This document shows, one piece after another, positions 1-11,425 of a DNA stretch of 64,000 nt. This DNA comes from Squalus acanthias (taxonomy: Eukaryota): assembly GCA_030390025.1 (NCBI GenBank), contig CM059432.1, positions 57,538,001 through 57,602,000 of the forward strand. The letters are read 5' to 3'. Position numbers and translations under genes: made by a program. The notes beneath the pieces are model-generated. The model made no database searches and was not told the DNA's origin. It saw only the letters and a program-made list of their open reading frames with translations. Numbering within the stretch: the first letter of the stretch is position 1; each line of letters starts with the position of its first letter.

Positions 1-121
1 TGCCGGGGCAGCAGGCAAGCAGATGACCTGAGAGAGGACAGCAGGGGCCTCTCACATACAGCCAAGGCCACTTTTCTGGGACTCAAAACTCCTGCGGCTG
101 TACGCAAGAACAGAGTGAAAT

Positions 122-888
122 TTAGCAGATATGCTTTGCTTGGAAGGCATCAGTTGCATAGATGTTCAAGGCAGTGGTCACTGTGACAACGTCTGACAGA
201 GGTATCCCTGTCCTGGAATTTATTTGAAGCTCTGGTGCATTGGAGACAGCTATGTTTCCATAGTGAATTGTAGATAGTTCTCCTAAATGTCTAGGCAGGA
301 GCCTTGGTGTGTAGACATGGGTTAGGTAATGGTGGGGACAAAACTGCCTCACGTGCAAATATACCTTTCTTTCATGCCTAGTCAGACTCTCTTCTACTCG
401 ATAACCAAAAAATAGAGAAGTATATCCAGAAGGATGCCCAGCTTCAGAATTATGTTTGAGGCAAATTAAATTGCAGCTGGCAACAAGCCACATAGGAGGC
501 TGTAAATGAGTGTGAAAATTGCAGTAAGTACACCACAGGTGAAGCTAACAGCAAATATAATGAAAAAAATGCAAAGAAACTTAATTAACAAATATGGTAG
601 CGAAGAGAATTGTAAAGCTAATAATGAAATTCCTCTTTAAGACTACAATATCCAAAATAGATTAAAGTGCTGTAACTGCAGGGCCCATTTGAACAAGCGC
701 CCAACAACTTTAGTGTATTCTTGGCCAAAAAACATGGGGAATGGTGCCCAATTCATTAACATATCTTTCAAGAGATTAATGACAGTACCCCATGGTTTTT
801 CCTCTGCAATGTAAAGGTGGCTTTGCTGAATGGTGCATTTTGTAAATGGGGTGAACAAGAGGCCTAAGGCCTGTTTGCTAAATTTCAC
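122..888 (-). pseudogene. Degenerate Ty3/Gypsy pol relic (RNase H end and integrase C-terminal region)
   Basis: ORF 643..888 ends GRLFKWALQLQHFNL, resembling the Gypsy RNase H GRLARWALxLQEFDF motif. ORF 122..493 has SGYTSLFFG and RLLPRHLGEL, resembling integrase GYSPFxLxFG and KLxPRYxGP. Motif recognition by eye only. Confidence 0.45.
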
Positions 889-2181
889 AATCCCACTCGC
901 TTAATTGGTACCCGGTTACTACAGCAGACAACTATATAATTGGTTGTTTAAACCCATGTTTTCCTCTTTAATGGAAATTTGTGTCTGAAACCCAAAATTT
1001 TGGTGTGAATAATGTTTAACAACAGGAATATATTTTGCTCATGTTGTGTTCATCACTCACAAGTTCTTTCAACAAGCCTGCATGTCTGGCCATATTTCAT
1101 GGAAAGCTAAGTTCAGCAACTGGAATCTGGATGTCCTTGTGGATAATGTACTTGAGATGCAGAACTTTTTCTTTGGAGTGAGAGCCAACCTGCAATAAAA
1201 CTCGGGAGGCAGGCAGGGTGGGCAGTGATTTGAGCTTGCATCATTTCAAGGTTCAGGAACCAAAGGCTCTGGAATGATATGCGCAAAAGGTTCTGCAACA
1301 TGAAGTGGGTCGCCGCCATTACTTTTGAATATAACTTATTATACAGGCTCTTTCAGAAAAGAATACACTGGGCTGCAATCATCTGTATTAATGTGCAGCA
1401 ATTTATTTTCTCGACTAAGATAAAACAAGATACTGTTCTCTGCAGCCGAGAGAGTGAGTCCCGAAGGCTGTGTTGCCTGCCCGGTGCCAGGGTAAAGGAC
1501 ATCTCCTCTGGGCTGCAGACAAACTTAGAGTGGGAGGGGAAAGATCCAGTTGTCATGGTCCATGTAGGTACCAACGACATAGGTAGGACAAAGAAAGAGG
1601 TTCTGCTAAGGGAGTATGAGCAGCTAGGGGCTAAATTAAAAAGCAGAACCACAAAGGTAATTTACCCTGGATTACTACCTGAGCCAAGTGCAAATTGGCA
1701 TAGGGTAAATAAGATGAACGAGTGGCTCAAAGACTGGTGTGAGAGAAATGGGTTTCAATTCCTGGGGCACTGGCACCAGTACTGGGATAAGAGGGAGCTG
1801 TGCCGTCGAGTTGGGCTTCATTTGAACCAGGCTGGGGCCAGTGTCCTGGCGCATCGAATAACTAGGGCTGTAGATAGGGCTTTAAAGTAAATAGTGGGGG
1901 GGAGGGATACGCTGAGCGGAAATTAAAAAAGTCAAAGAAAAATGAGAAGGCAAAAGTGCAGGGTAACGATAGGGGTAATGATAACCAGAGTGTGACAGGA
2001 AGGGACAGAGCGTATACACATAAGAGTGCATCAGAAACAGGGGTCAGAGTAGGGAAAAATGGTAAAAAGACAACATTAAAAGCTCTATATCTGAACGCAC
2101 ACAGCATTCGTAACAAGATAGATGAGCTGACAGCCCAAATAGAAATAAATAGGTATGACCTGATAGTCATTACAGAGACGT

Positions 2182-2698
2182 GTTTTTTTAATTTGCTTAT
2201 GGGATCTGGGCGTCACTGGCAAGGCCAGCATTTATTGCCCATCCCTAGTTGCCCTTGAGAAGGTGGTGGTGAGCCGTCTTCTTGAACCGCTGCAGTCCGT
2301 GTGGTGAAGGTACTCCCACAGTGCTGTTAGGTAGGGAGTTTGACCCAGCGATGATGAAGGATCGGCGATATACTTCTAAGTCAGGATGGTGTGTGACTTG
2401 GAGGGGAACTTGGAGGTGGTGGTGTTCCCATGCGTCTGCTGCCCTTGTCCTTCTAGGTGGAAGAGGTCGTGGGTTTGGGAGGTGCTGCCGAAGAAGCCTT
2501 GGCGAGTTGCTGCAGTGCATCTTGTAGATGGTACACACTGCAGCCACAGTACGCCGGTGGTGGAGGGAGTGAATGTTTAAGGTGGTGGATGGGGTGCCAA
2601 TCAAACGGCTGCTTTGTCCTGGATGGTGTCGAGCTTCTTGAGTGTTGTTGGAGCTGCACTCATCCAGGCAAGTGGAGAGTATTCCATCACACTCCTTA
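2182..2698 (-). mobile_element. 3' fragment of a second non-LTR family (CR1/L2 superclade, Crack/Daphne-like) inserted in the CR1 endonuclease
   Basis: Interrupts ITET|WLQG. Encodes ...HSLHHRRTVAAVCTIYKMHC...HHHLLKGN and has an A-rich tail. Homologous to 15854-16356. Confidence 0.75.
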
Positions 2699-4181
2699 CT
2701 GGTTGCAAGGTGACCAAGGCTGGGAACTGAATATTCAGGGTATTTGCCATTTCGTAAGGATAGGCAGAAAGGAAAAGGAGGTGGTGTAGCTCTGTTAATA
2801 AGGGATGAGATCAGTGCAGTAATGAGAAATTATATTGGCCTAGAAGGTCAAGATGTAGAATCAGTTTGGGTGGAGATAAGAAATAATAAGGGTAAAAAGT
2901 CACTGGTGGTAGTGGTCTACAGGCCCCCAAACAGTAGCCACACTGTAGGGCAGAGAATAAATCAAGAAATAATTGAGGCTTGTAAGAAAGTTACGGCTAT
3001 AATCATGGGAGATTTTAATCTTCATATTGATTAAACAAAGCAAATTGGCAAAGGTTGACTTGAGGAAGAGATCTTAGAGTGTATACGGGATGGTTTCTTG
3101 GAACAATATGTTGTGGAGAAGACTATTTTAGATCTGGTAATGTGTAACGAGGCTGGATTAATTAATGATCTCGAAGTGAAGGATCCTCTTGGGAAGAGTG
3201 ATAATAGCATGGTAGAATTTCAAATTCAGTTTGAGGGTGAGAAAGCTAGGTCTCCAACTAGTGTCCTGAACTTAAACCAAGGTAATTACAAAAGTATGAA
3301 GGCAGACTTGGTTAAAGTGGACTGGGAAAATATATTACAAGGTAAGACTGTAGAAAAGCAGTGGCAAACACTTAAGGAGATATTTCATAACTCTCAGCAA
3401 AGATATATTCCAGTGAGAAAGAGAGACTCTAAGAGAAGGATGAACCATCCGTGGCTAACTAAGGAAGTAAAGGATGGTATCAAATTGAAAACAAAAGCAT
3501 ACAATGTTGCGAAGAATAGTGAATGGCCAGAGGATTGGGAAACTTTTAAAAACCAGCAAAGAACGACTAAAGAAATTATAAAGAGAGAGAAGATAGCTTA
3601 TGAGAGTAAGCTAGCAAGAAATATAAAAACAGACAGTAAGAGCTTCTACAGGTATATAAAAAGGAAGAGAGTAGCTAAAGTAAACGTTGGTCTCCTAGAG
3701 GATGAGTCTGGGGAATTAATAATGTGGAACAGGGAAATGGTGGAGACTTTGAACAAATATTTTGTATCGGTCTTCACGGTAGAAGACACTAAAAGCATCC
3801 CAATAATGGATAATCAAGGGGCTATTGTGGTGGGGTGGGGGGGAGGAACTTAAAACAATCACTATCACTAGAGAGAAAGTACTGGGCAAACTAATGGAAC
3901 TAAAGGTGGACAAGTCCCCTGGACCCAATGGCCTGCATCCTAGAGTCTTAAAAGAGGTGGCTGCAGAGATAGTGAATGCATTGGCTGTAATCTACCAAAA
4001 TTCCCTGGATTCTGGAGAGGTCCCAGTGGACTGGAAAACCGCAAATGTAACGCCCCTATTTAAGAAAGGAGGGAGACAGAGAGCAGGCAACTATCGACCA
4101 GTTAGCCTAACATCTGTCATTGCGAAAATGCTGGAGTCCATCATGAAGGAAGTGATAGCAGGACATTTAGAAAATCATAAT

Positions 4182-4946
4182 GGCCCGAAAATTAAACCTA
4201 ATACGCGAGAGTACGCACTGTGTACTCTCGCGTATTAGATCCCAAATTGCCGGTTTCCTGCATGCACTGCGCATGCGCGGGAAACCGGCACTTCGTGAAT
4301 TGAAAAGGGGGCAGTTCCTAAGTGCACTGCGTGCGCGCTACAGGCTGTGCGCACGCAGTGCACTTAGTTTCTTTTTCAGCTTTGAACGCACAGGTAAGTG
4401 GTGAAGATTTTACACACAGAGAAAGCAGGCGTAGGACCCCCTTTTAACAAGGTAAGTAGTTAATTAAGTGTTATTTTAAATTGTTTTCAACAGGTTTATC
4501 TTTTTTAGAGACTTTAAAGAAAGGTAAGTTTATTTTTATAACTTTTAAAAAGATTTTAAATTTTTTCAAAAATTTAAATTTTTTGTTTAAAGTGGTTAAT
4601 TTATTTAACTATACTTATTTTATTAATGTGATGGCTTTTAAAAAAATTTAATTGAGGTTTAGCTGTTCTTTTGGGGGTTTGTAGTATTCATAGCTTTGAC
4701 AGCTCTTGCCGTCAAAACTATAAATGAAAGATGGTGTGCTGCCATTGGCTCTAACTGAATCACGTGATCCCAGAGCTCGCACGAACTAATTGCGCCTCTG
4801 GGTCACGCAAGCACTGCATGGTTCCAACAGAGAGAGCCTTTGAAACTAAAGTTCGTGTGGGCCCGGAGCAAAAAGGTAGGCGCGGAGTGCGATATCACGT
4901 GGAATCCTTACCCCCGCGGGAACCATCCATGTTTAATTTCTGGGCC
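4182..4946. mobile_element. Harbinger-type MITE (family A)
   Basis: TIRs ggcccgaaaattaaa / tttaatttctgggcc. Splits CR1 at HLENHN|..KQSQHGF with flanks aat/att. Homologous to 25241-25982. Confidence 0.85.
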
Positions 4947-6231
4947 ATTATAGTCAAGCAGAGTCAGCATGGTTTTATGAAAGGTTAATCATGTTTGACA
5001 AATTTGCTGGAGTTCTTTGAGGATGTAACGAGCAGGGTGGATAAAGGGGAACCAGTAGATGTCATGTATTTGGATTTCCAGAAGGCATTAGATAAGGTGC
5101 CACATAAAAGGTTACTGCACAAGATAAGAACTCACTGTGTTGGGATAATATATCAGCATGGATAGAGGATTGGCTAATTAACAGAAAACAGAGAGTCGGG
5201 ATAAATGGGTCATTTTCAGGTTGGCAAACTGTAACTAGTTGGGTGCCGCAGGGATCAGTGCTGGGGGCCTCAACTATTTACAATCTATATTAATGACTTG
5301 GATGAAGGGACTGAGTGTAATGTAGCCAAATTTTCTGATGATACAAAGATAGGTGGGAAAGCAAAGGGATATCGATAGGCTAATTGAGTGGGCAAAAATC
5401 TGGGAAATGGAGTTTAATGTGGGAAAATGCGAGGTTATCCACTTTGGTAGGAAAAATAGAAAAGCAAATTATTATTTAAATGGGGAGAAATTACAAAATG
5501 CTGAGGTACAGAGGGATCTGGGGGTCCGTGTACATGAATCACAAAAAGTTAGCATGCAGGTACAGAAAGTAATTAGGAAGGCAAATGGAGTGTTGGCCTT
5601 TATTGCAAAGGGAATGGAATATAAAAGTAGGGAAGTCCTGTTACAACTGTACAGGGTATTGGTGAGACCACACCTGGAGTACTGCGTACAGTTTTGGTCT
5701 CCTTATTTAAGGAAGGATATACTTGCATTGGAGGCAGTTCAGAGAAGGTTCACGAGGTTGACTCCTGGGATGGAAGGGTTGTCTTATGAGGAAAGGTTGA
5801 GCAGGTTGGGCCTATACTCATTGAGTTTAGAAGAATGAGAGGGGATTTTATTGAAACATATAAGATTCTGAAGGGGCTTGACAGGGTAGATGTTGAGAGG
5901 ATGTTTCCCCTCGTGGGGGAATCTAGAACTGGGGCATAATTTCAGAGTAAGGGGGCACCCTTTTAAATCAGAAATGAGGAAGAATTTCTTCCCTCAGAGG
6001 GTCGTGAATCTTTGGAATTCTCTTCCCCAGAGAGCTGTGGAGGCTGGGTCATTGAATATATTTAAGGTGGAGATAGACAGATTTTTGAACGATAAGGGAG
6101 TCAAGGTTTATGGGGAGCGGGCAGGAAAGTGGAGTTGACGCCAAGATCAGATCAGTCATGATCTTATTGAATGGCGGAGCAGGCTCGAGGGGCCAAATGA
6201 CCTACTCCTACTCCTACGTCTTATGTTCTTA

Positions 6232-6630
6232 ATTTAAGAGAGTAGCACAAGTGGAGGTCCTAGTAACAAGAAAATCCTAACAGAAAGGCACTTGTCCATT
6301 GAGACAGTATAAGGAGCTCCACTTGAGGAGGTGCAAGAGGGAATCAAATGAGCTGAAATGTAACCAAAAGTATTCCATTTTCTCTGAGGAAAATAAAATG
6401 TAATAGCTATGTTTGTATACTTACAGATAGTGCACAACTGCTCTGCTCTTGTATTACCAATGCAGAAGTGAAATATTTACACAGACCTATAGACTAATCA
6501 CTGTCTCACAGACACTGGAGAATCCCAAGGGTTCAAAGACAAGAAGACCACCAATCACCAGAAACCTTATTACACTCACACTACCACTTAGCACAGCCCA
6601 AAAAGAGTTACCTTGAAGGACACAGACAAT
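6232..6630 (-). pseudogene. Degenerate Gypsy RT relic, probably contiguous with 122-1427 before the CR1 inserted
   Basis: Frame-broken motifs in the expected order: SFKVTLFGL (~FKVMPFGL), FPQRKWNTFGYISA (~FxQxxVxYLGHIIS), AFLLGFSCY (~SFLGLVNYY). Confidence 0.35.
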
Positions 6631-6950
6631 GAAAGGAATGAATCATAGAATGTTACAGCAGAGAAACAGGCAACTTGTCCCACCAAGTCTGCATGGGTGT
6701 TTATTTTCCACACGTTACTAGTCTAATCCCTGCTGGCTCCCTATAACCTTTAATATTCCTCTCCTTAAAGCAACTAATTCTCTTTTTTTTAAATGGTAGA
6801 CTCTGCTTCAACAACGGTTTGTGGCAGAGAATTCTGCATTCTAACTCCCCCGCTCCCCACACTGTGTAAATACATCAGGGCAGAGAATTTGTGTGATGTC
6901 CATGCTGGCTGTTATAAATTTGGGTTTGCCATAGTTACCTTCTTGGGTCT

Positions 6951-7660
6951 CCTCTACAGTGGGGAGACCAAACGCAGATTGGGTGACCGCTTTGCGGAAC
7001 ACCTCCGTTCAGTCCGTAAGGGGGACCCCGAGCTCCCGGTGGCCTGTCACTTTAATTCTCCGCTCCACTCCCACTCTGACCTCACCGTCCTCGGCCTCTT
7101 GCATTGTTCCACGGAAGCTCAGCGTAAGCTCGAGGAACAGCACCTCATCTTTCGTTTAGGCACACTACAGCCCTCTGGACTCAACATCGAGTTCAACAAT
7201 TTCAGATCATAACCCCGGCCCCCATCACATATATATATTTTTTTATTTTATTTTTTCATCCACCCTTTTGTTTGGCCTTTTTTTCTTCCCTCCCAGAAGC
7301 TGGCAGCTGTCCTTCATTCTGCCAGCGCATTTCCCACTTCATCTAGCCTCAACCTGTCACATTACCACCTCCTCTTGCCTTGAATATCTCTTAATGTCTC
7401 TCAATGTCTCTTAATCTCTCCTGCTTTCTATCCTACCACTGACCTTCCCTTTTGTTCTTTCACCCCCTCCCCCTTTTCCCAGCATTATACTTGCTTTAAA
7501 TCTATTTCATTTCCTGCTTTTTTCCAATTCTGATGAAAGGTCTTCGACCTGAAACGTTAACTCTGTTTCTCTCTCCACGGATGATGCCTGGCCTACTGAG
7601 GTTTTCCAGCGTTTTCTGTTGTTATTTCGGATTTCCAGCATCCGCAGTAATTTGCTATCG
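6951..7660 (+). mobile_element. Penelope-like element, 5'-truncated: GIY-YIG endonuclease C-part plus terminal repeat
   Basis: LYSGETKRRLGDRFAEHLRSV...HFN...GLNIEF (YIG half and PLE C-terminus). 15-bp TSD taccttcttgggtct at 6936-6950 and 7661-7675. Confidence 0.92.
7526..7562 (+). ncRNA. Minimal type I hammerhead ribozyme motif in the Penelope terminal repeat
   Basis: CTGATGA-A-AGGTC-ttc-GACCT-GAAAC-GTT: catalytic core boxes, 5-bp stem II and palindromic ACGT stem III, as known for Penelope-associated hammerheads. Confidence 0.75.
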
Positions 7661-7962
7661 TACCTTCTTGGGTCTGCTGGTGTCAATCGCTTCTGTAAGT
7701 GGTCTTACGGGAGTTGATCACACTGCTCTATATCTACGTGCACGATAGTGTAACCCAGGGGCATAACAAAGCATCCCCTTGGGACCGGGACTGAATATTT
7801 GTGTCTTTCGCACGAATGCTTCTTCAATCCCTCTGGAGGTGGGCCAAGCAACTATTTGGTGAACAAGGCCTGATATGAATCGATTTGAACAAGGTGTCTC
7901 CTAACTGTTCCTCTAGCAGTTCTGACCTATTTGCCCTTGCAGCTTACTGTTTAAAAACCTGA

Positions 7963-8187
7963 AATAACAACAGAAAATGCTGGAAACACTCAGCAGGTCA
8001 GGCAGCATTGAGGAGAGAGAAAAACAGAGTCAACGTTTCGGGTCGAGGACCATTCGTCAGAACATTCGGGTCTTTGGCTCGAAACGTTGACTCTGTTTCT
8101 CTCTCCTCGATGCTGCCTGACCTGCTGAGTGTTTCCAGCATTTTCTGTTGTTATTTCAGATTTCCAGCATCCGCAGTATTTTGCTAT
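7963..8187. mobile_element. Fold-back insertion of two inverted Penelope terminal repeats
   Basis: Approximately 7959-8040 is the reverse complement of 8080-8160. 15-bp TSD tgtttaaaaacctga at 7948-7962 and 8188-8202. The minus arm carries CTGACGA-at-GGTC-ctc-GACC-c-GAAACGTT. Confidence 0.85.
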
Positions 8188-10789
8188 TGTTTAAAAACCT
8201 GAGTACCTAACACTGCATCCTATTTCGAAAAGCCTCTCTGCCAGTCTGTGTCTCAGTATCTATCTCTTTGTTTGCAGCTAACAAGAAAGGATCAAAGACT
8301 TTCCAATGAAGTGTTTTGAATTACCCAGATAGGCTAAATGTGTGCTTATTTACAGTTTACGGGGAAACAACATCAAAGCTAGCTCATTAGCATTTTAAAT
8401 ACCAATCGTCCCAGCCTTTTTCTTAAACTTATCTGAATACACAATAATTTAAAGACCCAACATTAAAAAGTAACTCTTTTTTCCAAATCTTTTCTTGTGA
8501 AAAATGGCCAGAAAAATCCCTGAAACATGTCACTGGTGTAAGTGCCTATCAGCGATCTCTGGCACTGACCCCACCAATGCATGTGGGGGCAGAGGGAGAT
8601 CACCCTATTTGCTTAATCCCAACAGGCACCCACGCCATTAAGGGTCTACTTCCCAAAATGCATCTCCAAGGCTTGTGTAGCTCCAATGTAGTTTAACACA
8701 CCCAAAAAATAACTCATCTTTAAGGGAAAGCAACCTCCTTTTAAATGCAGCTGGCTGCCCTAATCTTGCAGTTGAAAGGTAATCAGCTTGAAGGCCTGAC
8801 TCCCTGAACACGTTTTCCATGTGCAGAGAGCCAAGGCAAATAAGAAATGGGCCTTATATTGCAAAAAATCAGCACAACCCGTCCAGAGCCGGATTAATGC
8901 ATGAACCCACGGGACCCTTGCCCAGGGGCCACAGCCAAATATGGGAACCCCACCAGGAGCCCCATGCAAATATGGGGCCTTCGGTAAAACTCATCATAAT
9001 GCAGAAAAACTGCATACAACTGCTGTGTCAAAGTATTCCAGCATTTAAAAATCCTGCTTGATTATTAATGCAGTGTGTAAACATTCTACAGGCCTATTTC
9101 TTCATGCCTTTTATTACATGTTTGTGTTTTAATGGGCGGTGGGGGTGTGAGTGAGGTTGTGTGGGTGATGAAGAGGGGCCTAAGTGTTCTGGGTGTCCAG
9201 AGCACCAAGAATTCTTAATTCGGCTCTGAGCCCAGTCCCCCTGCTCCCCCTCCCCCACCCCACCCCACTGTGGGCGCATCTGCATCATGGGCATGTTTGT
9301 AAGGTCTCACAAAATTGCTGCTAAAATTATTTTTTTAGGTTCTGACCTCTGTTCCTCCGTACATTTAGATCAAGACCACTGGCACTAAATTCTCTTGCAA
9401 TTATTCATTGGAATCTGTAAATAAACAAGATATTTAGCAATTGCTTGTCTATCCTAAGAGAGATCAATTCAATATGATTATATTGCTACTTTTTGTCAGA
9501 CTGAAAATTGTGATTCTGCTGGTGCTAACATTGATCTCTCATACAATGGATGGTCAGCCACACAACAGCAACGAATTTATAACTGGTCTATTTCTCAACT
9601 GTGGTAGCAACAAGAGGTCAAAGTAGAAATTGATGCTGGCTCACCATTATCACTTTTAGAAAAACCTGCTCCCTTTCTCTATAGTTATGTAAAAGAACAG
9701 TTAATCTCTCACTGATGCTCACCATCACCTTGATAGGTCCAAGAAAAATGAAACGTTGATTAACAGATAGCAGTCAGAGACTAGCTTAATTTCCTTTTCT
9801 GAAGCTGAATTCAAACTCCTATCTTCCATGGTGAAAGCATTGTCACAAGCAACATACATACATCCTTGATTGCTTTAAACTCGCTGTCTACATTTTTTAT
9901 TCTGAGCTTGTATTAACCTACAGTGTCATCTCTATTCAGTCCTTTGGTGATTTTACTGAAATTCTCAAGGAAACAAAAATAGCAGCACTATCATTAAAAA
10001 AATCAGCTTTTACCTGTGAAGTTATTGTCATTGAATGTTCAATCTACTGTCAACAAGATATGCACTTTAGTTTTCTAAGAAGGCCAAGTAAACTGAAAAT
10101 CTATATCTATTGATGTTTCTGATTGACATTCCATTATACGTGTTCTACCCTTAATGTTCTGTTAAAAATTATATGATGGGCATTAAATTCAAATTGACAG
10201 TTTAAGGTCATATGTATCTGTTTCAGAGCATCGTATATATCTATTGGTAAATCTGATAGCAGGGACCGCAGTTTCTGCTTGGGCGGAAACCCCAAGGGGA
10301 ATAATGGCACGCACCTTTCGTGCCTGCGCAAAGTCAAGTCAACCTGCTGCAGTTTCTGAGGTTAGCCTAATTTTAATAATTGTGGCAAGCTCCTAGTCAT
10401 AGTGACACCTTTGTTTGCAAGCTCACCATTCGACGGGCAGGATGTTATGAGCTGCTGCAGTTTAAAGGAGCCAGCATATGAGAAATTCTGGAGGAAGCAA
10501 ATTAGAAAAGTTAGATTGCAAGCAATGTCTTCCCGATCTGTTGGAGGGCACAGTGCCCACCAGTTTACTGGTGATGTTGTAAAAGCATTTCTGTCAGAAG
10601 TTAGACAGTGGAGGAGTAGCACAAGCCCCAAAGGAGGGCAGTGCCTGCAAATGAAACAACCCCACTTATGGCAACATAGTGCCAGAATTCTTTTTAATGA
10701 TCTCAGCAGGTCAGTCAAAATAAGAGTCAGCAACACTTTTCAAGAATGCATTGTTCCAAATATCTCAAGCATATACAGTCTCCTTTTAG

Positions 10790-11425
10790 CACCCCGAAAA
10801 AGTTAGTGCCCCCGCACCCGAAATTCACTGGTAGCGCCCCAAGAGGGAGGAAGACTGGAAGCGCCCCGCCTCCCTCTTGGGACGCTGCAAGTGAATATCA
10901 CCGATTCATGCCGTAGCACCATGCACTGCGGCACATCGCGCCGTGGTACTGCAGGCCTTCCTCCCCTTAGTAAAGGGGAGGGGACTTGCACAGCGCAACC
11001 CGGGGCCCAGCTGGGCCACCAGGGATCGGAGTGCTGGCAAAAGAGCCCGGCACTCAAGAGAAGTGCCGGGCTCACGGAGCGTAGCCGGCATCCCGTGGGG
11101 GGGCTGCACAGGAGGCCGGGGACAGCATCGGGGACAGGTGCTGGCAGGCGGCCAGCAACAAAAATGGCCACCCGGCACCTCTCCTTTAATTTGCGTCACC
11201 CCAGCCGCAGGTAGGCCCTCCATACCCTGTCGGACATAGCGTCCGGCGGTAAGTGAGGGGGCGCTACCAAAGATCACAGCCGGGGCATGAGCGGAGCGCA
11301 GCGCCGTGGGGCGCTAACAGTTACCGCCGCCGCTAACCTCCCGCTGAGGCGCTAGTTGCTTTGCGCCCCGTTAGCGCCCTCTTAGGGCGCTAACAGGAGG
11401 CACAAATCAACCAAATTTTTCCCCC
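10790..11425. mobile_element. Harbinger-type MITE (family B), left end lost; abuts the truncated 3' end of a CR1
   Basis: Homologous to 39750-40454; right terminus aatttttccccc followed by aaa. Confidence 0.8.

Larger units (their letters stand above)
1428..6231 (+). mobile_element. CR1 LINE, 5'-truncated within ORF1; ORF2 broken by stops/frameshifts and two insertions
   Basis: ORF1 esterase part (CLPGARVKD, VHVGTND, GLHLN), APE endonuclease (YLNAHSIRNK, IIMGDFN), RT ([30 protein letters not shown]) and 3' tail cttatgttctta. Confidence 0.95.

Noticed and set aside
122..499. Host terminal exon (tttacag acceptor near 500)
   Set aside because: No partner exons found; better explained as a Gypsy integrase relic.
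10014..10092. Exon-like segment on the minus strand (tttcag ... cag|gtaaaa)
   Set aside because: Stops in all three frames; no support beyond the splice-like motifs.
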